Part shown: positions 38,646-48,039 of the stretch, one piece after another | How the letters are laid out: the number at the start of each line of letters is the position of its first letter | Numbering within the stretch: the stretch's first letter is position 1 | Origin: Candidatus Latescibacterota bacterium | Lineage (GTDB): Bacteria; Latescibacterota; UBA2968 | Reading direction: 5' to 3' | DNA length: 64,000 bases | NCBI GenBank assembly: GCA_965222605.1 | Contig: OZ244960.1 | Location: 608,001 to 672,000, forward strand | Translations under genes and position numbers: made by a program | Notes under the pieces: model-generated | Databases searched by the model: none | Told to the model about the DNA's origin: nothing | Seen by the model: the letters and a program-made list of their open reading frames with translations, nothing else

Positions 38646-38796
38646 AGTGCTCTGTCAAAAAAATTAGCTGATATATTTCTTAATAGACTGGATTGCGGCT
38701 AAAACCATGCCGCAATGACAACCGTCGTTCGTCACGCCTGCATGTTTTAAGCAGGCGTCCAGTGGATTTATGCAGAAACTTATTTGACAGACCACT
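38646..38796. repeat. MITE-like element enclosing two palindromic REP-like units
   Basis: Ends AGTGCTCTGTCAAA / TTTGACAGACCACT (13/14 inverted match); internal CTGGATTGCGGC..GCCGCAATGAC and GTCACGCCTGC..GCAGGCGTCCAG. Confidence 0.5.
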
Positions 38797-38943
38797 CAGG
38801 AGCTATGACAAGCTGTGACAGGCCATCACAGAATCGCGGGAAAAAAATGACCCCCCCGACTACTCCGTAATGGAGAGAGCCCGCCTGGAGCTCTTGTCAT
38901 CGGGAGGGAACCTTTTATTTATCGGGCTGGATGAACCAAATAT

Positions 38944-39690
38944 CTAAACCGCCATCGCCTCTTCTTGCAGCTGCGCCATCCCTTCAAACTCGCGCCAGAT
39001 ATCGGCCATAGCATCCGTGCTATTTTCGCCGGCATCGACGTGTCTGGGTCTAAAAATCACGGCATAACGGATATCGGGCGAATGATTTGGACCCCCATTG
39101 TGATACATCTGGTGATGGCAGATCACGGCATCGCCCGCTTCGCCCATAAACTGAATCGGCCCATGCGGCAAATCGACATCGGGAATCCGGCGATTGGCCT
39201 TTGCCGTCTCCACGTAATTGGGATCTTTCTGAAACGCCGCTTCAAAAACGCGATGGGACCCCGGCCAAAAACAGAAATTGCCCATAAACGGTCGCGGAAC
39301 ATCGTGAACCAGAACCACGACAAGCAGCGTCATACCGCGATTCAGCAACCCATCCTTCAACTTCCCACCCAAATCCAGATGCCCACCCCTCAGCGGACGC
39401 TCCTCTGCATCGGGAAAATTGAGCTTCACACTGCCCCCTCGCGGCGGGATCAACTTCCCCTCTCCCACAACTGACTCGCACAGACCCCATAGCGGCGATT
39501 TATTAAACAAATCTGTAATCACCGGCTCACTGCTCAACCCAGGGTTCCGCCCTTGCGCCATCACTTTGAAACGCATGTGCCGATTAATGGCCTTGCGCGC
39601 CTGATCGGCCATCAACTTTGGCACAGCACCTCGAACAAGCACATATCCATTTTCGTAAAACTGTCGCTTTTGCGCTTTGGTCATTTGCAT
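38944..39690 (-). CDS. PhyH family dioxygenase (HxD type)
   Basis: FYENGY, GHLD, WPGSH, GDAVICHHQMYH..R. Confidence 0.85.
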   Translation of the reverse strand: MQMTKAQKRQFYENGYVLVRGAVPKLMADQARKAINRHMRFKVMAQGRNPGLSSEPVITDLFNKSPLWGLCESVVGEGKLIPPRGGSVKLNFPDAEERPLRGGHLDLGGKLKDGLLNRGMTLLVVVLVHDVPRPFMGNFCFWPGSHRVFEAAFQKDPNYVETAKANRRIPDVDLPHGPIQFMGEAGDAVICHHQMYHNGGPNHSPDIRYAVIFRPRHVDAGENSTDAMADIWREFEGMAQLQEEAMAV

Positions 39691-39709
39691 GGGAACCTCC
39701 TATTAGTTA

Positions 39710-40678
39710 TCAATCATAATCCAGCACAACCTTAATCGCCTCATCTCGATGATCCACAAACAATTCAAAACCCTTTTGCACCTCTGTAAACGGCAAATGG
39801 TGTGTAATAATTGGCGAGACATCAATGCGTCCCTGCGCGATCATACCCATAGCCAGGGGATAATCATTCAACGAATCTGGCCCCACAGAGCCGACCAGCG
39901 TCACATTCTTTCCGAAAAACTCGCGATAATTAAACGCATACACATCGTCATCGGGCACGCCAAACGCCAGTACCGTACCCAGACGCCTGGTTAAATTCAG
40001 ACACAAATTGACCGTATCCTGATTGTGTCCCACAATCTCCACCACCAGATCGGCCATCCGCCCATCCGTAATATTTCTAACTGCAGCTACCACATCTTCC
40101 CTATCGGGATTCACCACATGGGTTGCCCGCATCTTTTTGGCCGCCTCGAGACGAAAATCGACCGTATCGACAGCAACAACGGTCTTCGCCCCCAAATTGC
40201 TCAGCAAATGCGTCATCAACAAACCCATTGGTCCCTGCCCCACCACCACGGCGTCCTGATTGATAATATTGCCCAATTTGCGACACGCCCAGATCACCGT
40301 CCCCAGAGGCTGAGACATCAACAATTCATCGAGCGGTTCATAATCTGCGAGATGCACCCCCACATTCTCGCTCGAAATATAATACTCAGCCAACCCACCA
40401 ATACCCGCCGTGGGTCGCGCCTGCACAAAATCCCCTGGCTGAAACCTATCCGACGCCGACGCAACCACCGTTCCAATACACTCGTGAATTGAAGTCCCGA
40501 TATTCATCGGATACACCGCGGCCGGTTGTTTCAACACAAACTTTGGCGAATCCGACCCACAAATCGCGGTCATATGCGCCTTAACCTTTATCGACCCTCT
40601 TGGAAAATCTTCAATATTCGGCTCATCGGCCTCAAACATCTCAATCTGCCGATGAGCGACGACGTGTGCTGCTTTCAC
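39710..40678 (-). CDS. Zinc-binding (MDR) dehydrogenase
   Basis: ICGSD, HECIG, GQGPMG; GTG start. Confidence 0.9.
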   Translation of the reverse strand: MKAAHVVAHRQIEMFEADEPNIEDFPRGSIKVKAHMTAICGSDSPKFVLKQPAAVYPMNIGTSIHECIGTVVASASDRFQPGDFVQARPTAGIGGLAEYYISSENVGVHLADYEPLDELLMSQPLGTVIWACRKLGNIINQDAVVVGQGPMGLLMTHLLSNLGAKTVVAVDTVDFRLEAAKKMRATHVVNPDREDVVAAVRNITDGRMADLVVEIVGHNQDTVNLCLNLTRRLGTVLAFGVPDDDVYAFNYREFFGKNVTLVGSVGPDSLNDYPLAMGMIAQGRIDVSPIITHHLPFTEVQKGFELFVDHRDEAIKVVLDYD

Positions 40679-40709
40679 CCATTCCTCCTTTAGAAACTGT
40701 CAAACCAAC

Positions 40710-40736
40710 GGGCGGGCACAGGGGCACCGCCCCTAC
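40710..40736 (-). repeat. GTAG-type REP-like palindrome
   Basis: GTAGGGGCGGTGCCCCTGTGCCCGCCC on the minus strand. Confidence 0.55.
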
Positions 40737-40774
40737 ATTGCTCAGATGAATTGCTGCTGAGTCACTCTATCGCA

Positions 40775-42535
40775 TCAATCCGCCGCCTCAATCCGCGAGG
40801 TCTCTAACTCGCTGCGCTGTCCCAACCATATAAACACACCGCCAACGCCCAGCACAAAACCGCCCACAAACAGAATCCCCAGACGTCCAATCAGGGGATT
40901 GGGCAACAAGACAAGTGTGCAAATCAACCCACCAATAATCGCAGCAAAACTACCGATAATTTTGAGCTGGCGCAAATCATTTGGCACGCCGATCTCTTTT
41001 TCAAAATCAACCGGCATCAGCATGCGATCAAAAAAGCCCTGCGCCTGCCTCTTATAAAATTCGGGTGCGCGATTCCAGAACGGCACTGTCAACAAATAAG
41101 CCACCACCCCCACTGAAAGATTGATAAACACCTTCTGTTGAAATGACCAGGTCTCGCCAAAAATTTCCGCACTAAAAAACCCAATTGCAGATGGGATCAA
41201 CGTAACACTCACCGTCACAATCGCCGCCCAACTCGGCGACGTGCGAATAAACAGCCCCAGCAGCGCAGGTACAGCCATCGGCAACGCCAGCAATGCGCCG
41301 ATATTCAACATATGCTCGAACACCCCCCGGCCCTCAGTATTTGCAAAATACGTGGCAATGCTCACAATGAACACCCCAAACACCGCTGAAAACACCTGCC
41401 CCAACCGCATCAGGCTTTTGCCCTGCATAGTCGCCCGCCCAAACAACCGGCACAGCGTCGGATAAATATCATTGGTAAAAATCGCTGCATTGCGGTTCAA
41501 CCCCGAATCCATCGAACTCATCGTCGCCGCAAACATCGCCACCACCATCAGCCCCGTCATGCCCAGCGGCAACACATTCAAACTCGCAATTGCATACGCC
41601 GCTTCCGCAGCCTTGGGAATATCGATCGCCATCACCTCGGCGTGAAACAAAAGTCGCGCAGTCATCGGCGGAATAAACCACAGGAACGCACCCGCGGTCA
41701 TCAGCACAAAGCCCAACCACGCCGCCTTTTGCGCCTCGCGTCCATCCTTCACCAAAAAATACCTCTGTGCCGACGTAAGCGTATTGTATCCAATCACATT
41801 CTTCAGCAACATCGCTATAGCCCACGCATAGGTATAGGCCCGCAGCGGAAACTGGTCAGGCGTATTAAACACGCCATAAGCCGACGACAGCCCCATATCC
41901 TGAATCCCCTGAAACAGAGCGCCCACGCCGCCGATCTTCACCAGACACAACACCCCCACCAGAATGGTAATGGGAATGAGGATAAGCGTTTGTAGAAAAT
42001 CTGTAGCCGTCACAGCCCAGCTACCGCCAATCAGCGAATAGAGCAACACCACCGCGCCCACCACCACGATCACCTGCTCGATTTTATATCCAAACACCGC
42101 CGAACAGAAAATCGCCAAACCCAGAAGATGTAGCGATGAATACAGGGTCTGCATGACAAATGACATCCACGCGTAAAATTGTTGCGTTGGAATGCCAAAG
42201 CGCAGGCGAATCACTTCGGGGCCTGTAATGGCCCGGGTCTGTCGAAACCATTTGGCGAGAAACAAACCGTTAATAGCAAAACCCACGGAATTTGCCAGAT
42301 AAATCACCAGCACACTCCAGCCGGCTTCATAAGCCGCACCCGCCGCGCCTGAAAAAGTCCACGCACTAAACGCCGTCATAAACGCACTCGACCCCACCAG
42401 CCACCAGGTGCCCTTGCAACCGTTTCGAAAATAGTCGCTCACATTTTCATTAAAACGGCGAAACACCATGCCCACCCCAACCAGCACGGCCAAATAACAT
42501 CCGATCACAACATATTCAACCGATGTTTCACTCAT
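40775..42535 (-). CDS. Sodium:solute symporter family transporter
   Basis: DYFRNG, FSAWTFSGAAG, AVTATDFLQ, AATMSSMDSGLN. Confidence 0.9.
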   Translation of the reverse strand: MSETSVEYVVIGCYLAVLVGVGMVFRRFNENVSDYFRNGCKGTWWLVGSSAFMTAFSAWTFSGAAGAAYEAGWSVLVIYLANSVGFAINGLFLAKWFRQTRAITGPEVIRLRFGIPTQQFYAWMSFVMQTLYSSLHLLGLAIFCSAVFGYKIEQVIVVVGAVVLLYSLIGGSWAVTATDFLQTLILIPITILVGVLCLVKIGGVGALFQGIQDMGLSSAYGVFNTPDQFPLRAYTYAWAIAMLLKNVIGYNTLTSAQRYFLVKDGREAQKAAWLGFVLMTAGAFLWFIPPMTARLLFHAEVMAIDIPKAAEAAYAIASLNVLPLGMTGLMVVAMFAATMSSMDSGLNRNAAIFTNDIYPTLCRLFGRATMQGKSLMRLGQVFSAVFGVFIVSIATYFANTEGRGVFEHMLNIGALLALPMAVPALLGLFIRTSPSWAAIVTVSVTLIPSAIGFFSAEIFGETWSFQQKVFINLSVGVVAYLLTVPFWNRAPEFYKRQAQGFFDRMLMPVDFEKEIGVPNDLRQLKIIGSFAAIIGGLICTLVLLPNPLIGRLGILFVGGFVLGVGGVFIWLGQRSELETSRIEAAD

Positions 42536-42557
42536 AGAGAAATTCTCCGTTTGGCCA

Positions 42558-44534
42558 TTACCAATGATGCACCAGATGCCCTTGCCCAAAGAAAAACAAC
42601 ACATCGACGAGAAAAATCAATCCAATGCCCAGAACATAACCGAGCATCAGCCCCATAAACAAAGGCAGAGATTGGCGATAAAGTCCGATACCGCCAATTT
42701 TTAACAAAACGGACTTGACCATCCACGCCACAAAAACCGTAAACACTTGCCGCTGCAAAATACCCGTTGTAAACACCGTCAACCCAATGGGACTCAACGG
42801 CCACCACAAAAAACGATAGCGCAGAAAACTACACACAGACGCGATACTCGCACCAATACCAAAAAACATCAGCCTATCCAGACTGATGCCAAAGGGATTT
42901 TGCAATTTTTTCACCACATTGCTAAAAATCACCACATTCCCTGAATTGAACGTATAAACATTAAAATTATACGCCCCATACATATAGCCCAAATAGAGCG
43001 TGAACACCGCCGAAATAACCAGCGACAATACAAGGGCACACATCGTTGTCCAGAATAATGACCGGGTCTTGAGCTTGAGCCTTGCGCCCATCTGCGCGAT
43101 ATGTGCCAGCGTAGAAGCACCAAAAGTATTGCCCAGGCCAAATGTCGAATAAGACAGCGCCAAAGATGCGGCACTATTGGTATCCATCTGCCGAATACCA
43201 ATCGTATAAAACGCAAAACTCTGCGGCGTAATGGGCATCCGCGCATAAGCCAAACCCGACTCGGCCACAAACCGCGTCACCCCCACCGTCATCAAAATCA
43301 GCGCAAAAAGAAAAACGCCGGACACGAGCGCAGACATGCCCGAGTGCCACAACCAGAAAAAGAGAAATGCAGACCCCACAATAATACCCCATACAGCCGC
43401 CCGATAAGACAACAGTTCATCCGAATCATCCACGGCATCATCGCCGCGCATCGCCTTGCGCCACACATCCCGCAAATGCGCGCGCGCCATCCACACACTC
43501 AACGCCGTAAATGCAAAAAAAGCCCCCATCGCCTGCCAGCCCAATGCAGCACCGCCGCGAGACCCCCAGATATCCGACGCGCCAATAGAATATCCCAAAC
43601 GGTCAAAAACACCGGTTTGCACAATACCCAGCGCGTAAAAAAACCATAGACTGAACAACACATCGAGATTGGTAAAAAAGGCGAAGCCCAGCACAAAAAA
43701 ATTCAATTTGATCGTAACACTCGGAAACCCGCGCCCAAGTGGCAAAGCCCATCTATCCATCAACGGAATAGATGGAAATGTGTGCCAAAAATAGCCCACG
43801 ATATTCCACACCATCACAACCACGGGAATTGTCAATCCAACCCAAAACAGCCGGGAATGCAGAAGCCTGTATTTTCCAACCTCAACCTCTTCCAACATCG
43901 TCAACGGCACTTCCGCCAGGGGAAAAGGCAGGCGTTCTCGATCCACCCACTGCCGCCGCAACACGGCCATCAGCGCCACGCTCACCAGCGCCAGTGCAAT
44001 GAGAAAAACACCCCACCACACAAGCGGCGTCATCCACGCATCCCAGGGAATATCAACGCCAGGGGGTTTGCCCTCAAAAAAATACGTCATCTGCTTTGCC
44101 TGATTGGGCGGCGCGGCCCACTTTGGCAATCCATCCAACAAATAATCGCCCCACTGATTCTCGGGCGATGCATAATAATAAGGCGCGGCAATCCCCCCAA
44201 TGAACAAACCCATAAAATTCGCCGCCGGCACAGCCCCTGCAATCCACCCCATCGAAAAGACCACTACCATTTCGCCCTGCGACAGCGCCCATCGCGGCGT
44301 TACCCGCGCAAGCAGAACATTTAACGGCCACGCTATTACCGTAAAAACCACCATAGTCGCCATGGGCAAATGGGCAAAAACCATACGCGACGAATGCACG
44401 ATATAGGCCGAATAAGCGGGCAAAAAATTCACCAAAAACGTCACACCAATCCCGACCCAAAAGGCACGTGCAGTTACACTCAGGTGCTTGCTCTCCGGGT
44501 ACAAATCCCGATCCATCGCTTTCAACTCAGCCAT
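42558..44534 (-). CDS. DUF6785/DUF6784-type polytopic membrane protein
   Basis: PYYYASPENQW, RRQWVDRERLPFPL, LRYRFLWWPLSPIG; paralog of 1009-2991. Confidence 0.8.
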   Translation of the reverse strand: MAELKAMDRDLYPESKHLSVTARAFWVGIGVTFLVNFLPAYSAYIVHSSRMVFAHLPMATMVVFTVIAWPLNVLLARVTPRWALSQGEMVVVFSMGWIAGAVPAANFMGLFIGGIAAPYYYASPENQWGDYLLDGLPKWAAPPNQAKQMTYFFEGKPPGVDIPWDAWMTPLVWWGVFLIALALVSVALMAVLRRQWVDRERLPFPLAEVPLTMLEEVEVGKYRLLHSRLFWVGLTIPVVVMVWNIVGYFWHTFPSIPLMDRWALPLGRGFPSVTIKLNFFVLGFAFFTNLDVLFSLWFFYALGIVQTGVFDRLGYSIGASDIWGSRGGAALGWQAMGAFFAFTALSVWMARAHLRDVWRKAMRGDDAVDDSDELLSYRAAVWGIIVGSAFLFFWLWHSGMSALVSGVFLFALILMTVGVTRFVAESGLAYARMPITPQSFAFYTIGIRQMDTNSAASLALSYSTFGLGNTFGASTLAHIAQMGARLKLKTRSLFWTTMCALVLSLVISAVFTLYLGYMYGAYNFNVYTFNSGNVVIFSNVVKKLQNPFGISLDRLMFFGIGASIASVCSFLRYRFLWWPLSPIGLTVFTTGILQRQVFTVFVAWMVKSVLLKIGGIGLYRQSLPLFMGLMLGYVLGIGLIFLVDVLFFFGQGHLVHHW

Positions 44535-44663
44535 CGCAATCTCTCAAAAACTTAGAAGTGCCCACTCGCAGAATTTCCCGCGCAATGTACCTCAAAAAGA
44601 AAGTGTGTGCAAGGAATCCATCCCCTGCACACACCTGGATTAGCGATCAATCACAGACAGCTA

Positions 44664-45635
44664 TTAGAACGCCCCACTCACAGCAACGCGCAGCGGTGCA
44701 TCGAAATACACACCGCCATCGCTATACGACACATCCACGCGGATATCGCGTTCGCCAAAAGCGTACTTCAGACCAACGCCCAGACTGTAATCCTCCACGT
44801 CGTAGTTGACCTTATACCCACCGCGCAATGCGAGCGTATTGGCAATCCATAGCTCACCGCCAAAATTCCACCGCTGACCGTAATCAGTTGCCATAATGGT
44901 CTCACCCGCAAGCGTCAAATACGTCGGGTCGCCCTGCTCGCCATAGATTTCACCTGCCAGCCCAAAATTGAAATTGATCGGCGGTGAAAACTGCTCGGTT
45001 TCCACAGTAATACCGGAACCCACATTGCGCGCTGCGGCGGCGATTCGCAAACTGCGATAGCCCGTATATGCCGAAATACCCAGGTCAAACTGAAATGTAC
45101 TCGTCGTTTTGAGCACCAGATCTTCCTGAACCCACCGCGCTTGCGCCCCCCAGGACACTTTATCGGTCATCTGACGCGCAAACATAAACCCAATGGCCGT
45201 ATCGCCGCCCTGAATCATGCGCCCGGTGCCTGTGGCCTGAAAAATCGTCGTTTCTTCCACTTCTTCGGGCGTGAAGCTCACAATTGAAACGCCAAACGTA
45301 TTGCCGCCCCATTTGTAGGCCAATGTCCCCGAATACAATCCCGAATTGACCAGCCAGCGCGTGTAGGACAGCGCGTACTCGCCGCCTGAAACAAATCCCA
45401 ATGCGCCGGGATTGTAAAAAAACGCATCAATACCGCCGTTCATCGCAACAAAGGCTTCGCCCATAGCCACGGCCCGGGGCGACGCGCCGATTTTGAGAAA
45501 TGCCAGCGACGACTGGCCCTTCACCGGCAAAATCGTACTGTATTCGCCAAAATCCGACTGTGCAAAGGCCGGCCCCATCATCAGCCCGACACCTAGCAGA
45601 AGTGCCAGGGCCGTTGTCAACATTCGTTTGTTCAT
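44664..45635 (-). CDS. PorV/PorQ family outer-membrane barrel
   Basis: FLKIGASPRAVAMGEAF..NPGAL; ELWIANTLALRGGYK shared with the paralog. Confidence 0.85.
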   Translation of the reverse strand: MNKRMLTTALALLLGVGLMMGPAFAQSDFGEYSTILPVKGQSSLAFLKIGASPRAVAMGEAFVAMNGGIDAFFYNPGALGFVSGGEYALSYTRWLVNSGLYSGTLAYKWGGNTFGVSIVSFTPEEVEETTIFQATGTGRMIQGGDTAIGFMFARQMTDKVSWGAQARWVQEDLVLKTTSTFQFDLGISAYTGYRSLRIAAAARNVGSGITVETEQFSPPINFNFGLAGEIYGEQGDPTYLTLAGETIMATDYGQRWNFGGELWIANTLALRGGYKVNYDVEDYSLGVGLKYAFGERDIRVDVSYSDGGVYFDAPLRVAVSGAF

Positions 45636-45645
45636 GTCACGCTCC

Positions 45646-48021
45646 TTATCTCAGAATGTAAAACGTCCCCATCACCTTTTGCCCCATACTTTCGGGTGTC
45701 AGTGATTCTACGACGTAAAAGTAGATGCCGCTGGCCACATCCGGCGCAGTCTCGTTGCGTTCAATTTGGAACCACGATGCCTCACCTGCGTTGGGGTCGT
45801 CGTGCAGGATTTCACCCACGATTTCGCCGGCCACATTGTAGATCAGCACGCGGCTTTTGGGGGGCAATCCCAGGAAGCGGATCTTTTTTGAACTCTGGTA
45901 ATTATAACCCGATTCCGACAAACTGAATGGATTGGGCACCACGCGCACGCGCTTTTCCGGCCAGGACGGCGCCAGACCCGGCTGAAACGGGCTGAGGTCC
46001 AGGTTCACGCGCTGCTCGGGGGCAGAATATCCACCTTCGAGTCCAGCCTGTAAATGACTCTGCACTTCTGCGGGCAAATCGCCAATGCTCGACATGCCAT
46101 TGCTCCACGAATCGCGCGGTTTGGCAAAAGCCCGCACATTGTAAAAGTATCGGAACCCGGCAACCGCCGTATTATCGCGCCACACGTATTGGCCGCCCGA
46201 ATAGTCCCAGGTAGATCCGGAGGTACCTGCAGTGACTGTACCGATGTGCTCCCATGGCCCAAATTCCTGATAGGCAGATCGGAACACGCGATATCCCACC
46301 ACATCGGCATCGCCAAAATCGGGATGCACCGACGATTCGGCGGCATCGTTCCATGTCAACGTAATCTCTGCATCCTGATTGACCCCCGGCGCGAACTTCA
46401 CATCGGGTGGATAATCGGGCAGATCGTACATATTGTCGTACGCGAATTGTGCGGCATTCAAATGCGCCACAAGAGCGGCTTCTCCCTTGCTCAACCGCGC
46501 CAATCGTTCTTCTTCGGGCAGTGGAATGTCTTTCAAACAAAATGTCTGTATATCCACTGCATACGCCGACTGGCCTTCGCGGGATATCGCCTGCGCGCCT
46601 GTCCCGGCGACATAAGCCACCACGATCTTGGCCTTCTCGCCCACAGCCAGATTATACGGCCCAAAAGTGAGTGCATTGGCCATAGCGTTGACAGTGGATG
46701 GGTTATCATCGGTTGTTCCTGAAAACGTTTCGTAAATACCCTGCTCAGAATCGCTCTGCAAATTCGGCAAATCCGTGCTCAAACCCCAGAAATCGCGCGT
46801 TTCCCACCATTTTGACGTCCTGGGTTGATCGCCTTGCGGATTGACGTATTTGCCCTGGTCGCTGGCATTGAATACATGCGACGGCCCGCTATCGCGATAG
46901 GCCAATGGAGCAACGCTCACATATTGCGGCGATCTCATTTGCCCGTCAAACACGCCACCCGGCAGTCTTTTCGCATTGCCGTGTACGCTTTCGATATAAA
47001 CGGGTTGCCCGGTGTCTTCTTCCGAGCGCTGGATACTGTCGCCATCCCACTGATAGTTCATCTTCAAATCGACATATTCAGCAGGTCCGTCGTAATTCGG
47101 CGCACCCGTATAGCGATACTCATCGTCTTGCGGCTGATACGATCCGGGCATACCAGATCCAAGACCGTTCCAATTGCCCTCGCCCGACATGCTCACCGTA
47201 AAGCCCTGAACAAATGAGAAATACGCCCCCGTTAGATTATGTCCAGCACCGCCATTCACATCGGCAACACCATCGCCATCAGAGTCACCCGTGTTCTCAA
47301 ATTCCACTTCTAAAATGAAGAAATCGTCAAAGCCCTGATAACTCCATGCCATAGCCTTGCGCGTAATCGTAACACCGTGTTTGGTCGTCCACCTGCTAAA
47401 AACGATATCTTCCGCGCGGTCGTCCTTATCGGCGTCCATGTACTGGCCCCACCGATGATTGAGGACTTCATAGGGCACGCCCGTTCTCGGCGCATCGGTT
47501 TGCAATGCAGCACCGGGATACCAGTTGGGCATAATTGCTCCCGTCCCCAATCCATGGGGTGGCACTTCGACCTGGTATCCCCAGTTGGCTTCGGGACTAT
47601 TGGCAATATCGTAATACATCGGTGAGATATCCGCCGAAGGCGTCCACGGTCCCGAATACGACACCCCGTATTCGCCACCGACATTGGTCAACACCCATAT
47701 ACCTTCTCCTCCCGACAAATTTTGCGCCTCATTTTTTTGCTCGGCCCAGCTAAAACCGTTCTTTTTGCCGAAATACTCAATGTAGTCTGCACCGGCCATG
47801 TTGAGCATAAGGCCATTGCCCATGCCCGGATACGTCAAGCGGGGCGCGCCGCGAGAACTTCGGTCGTCCCAGACGCCGCCCTGAGTCCCCTCATTGCGGA
47901 ACCCGGTCCAGAGTTGCCCGCGCGTGAGTTGTCGCATATTCTGCGTGTCCAGGGAATAGACCTCAAACGCCCACCCCACAACCACTATCATCAGGACAGC
48001 AGCGAGAAATTTCCTGTTCAT
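45646..48021 (-). CDS. Large secreted protein with FN3-like and T9SS/FlgD-Ig-like C-terminal domain
   Basis: LTRGQLW, WSYQGFDDFFILE, VRVVPNPF..SGIYFYVVES..FYILR; paralog of 6514-8889. Confidence 0.7.
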   Translation of the reverse strand: MNRKFLAAVLMIVVVGWAFEVYSLDTQNMRQLTRGQLWTGFRNEGTQGGVWDDRSSRGAPRLTYPGMGNGLMLNMAGADYIEYFGKKNGFSWAEQKNEAQNLSGGEGIWVLTNVGGEYGVSYSGPWTPSADISPMYYDIANSPEANWGYQVEVPPHGLGTGAIMPNWYPGAALQTDAPRTGVPYEVLNHRWGQYMDADKDDRAEDIVFSRWTTKHGVTITRKAMAWSYQGFDDFFILEVEFENTGDSDGDGVADVNGGAGHNLTGAYFSFVQGFTVSMSGEGNWNGLGSGMPGSYQPQDDEYRYTGAPNYDGPAEYVDLKMNYQWDGDSIQRSEEDTGQPVYIESVHGNAKRLPGGVFDGQMRSPQYVSVAPLAYRDSGPSHVFNASDQGKYVNPQGDQPRTSKWWETRDFWGLSTDLPNLQSDSEQGIYETFSGTTDDNPSTVNAMANALTFGPYNLAVGEKAKIVVAYVAGTGAQAISREGQSAYAVDIQTFCLKDIPLPEEERLARLSKGEAALVAHLNAAQFAYDNMYDLPDYPPDVKFAPGVNQDAEITLTWNDAAESSVHPDFGDADVVGYRVFRSAYQEFGPWEHIGTVTAGTSGSTWDYSGGQYVWRDNTAVAGFRYFYNVRAFAKPRDSWSNGMSSIGDLPAEVQSHLQAGLEGGYSAPEQRVNLDLSPFQPGLAPSWPEKRVRVVPNPFSLSESGYNYQSSKKIRFLGLPPKSRVLIYNVAGEIVGEILHDDPNAGEASWFQIERNETAPDVASGIYFYVVESLTPESMGQKVMGTFYILR

Positions 48022-48039
48022 ATCACTATCCTCCAATTT

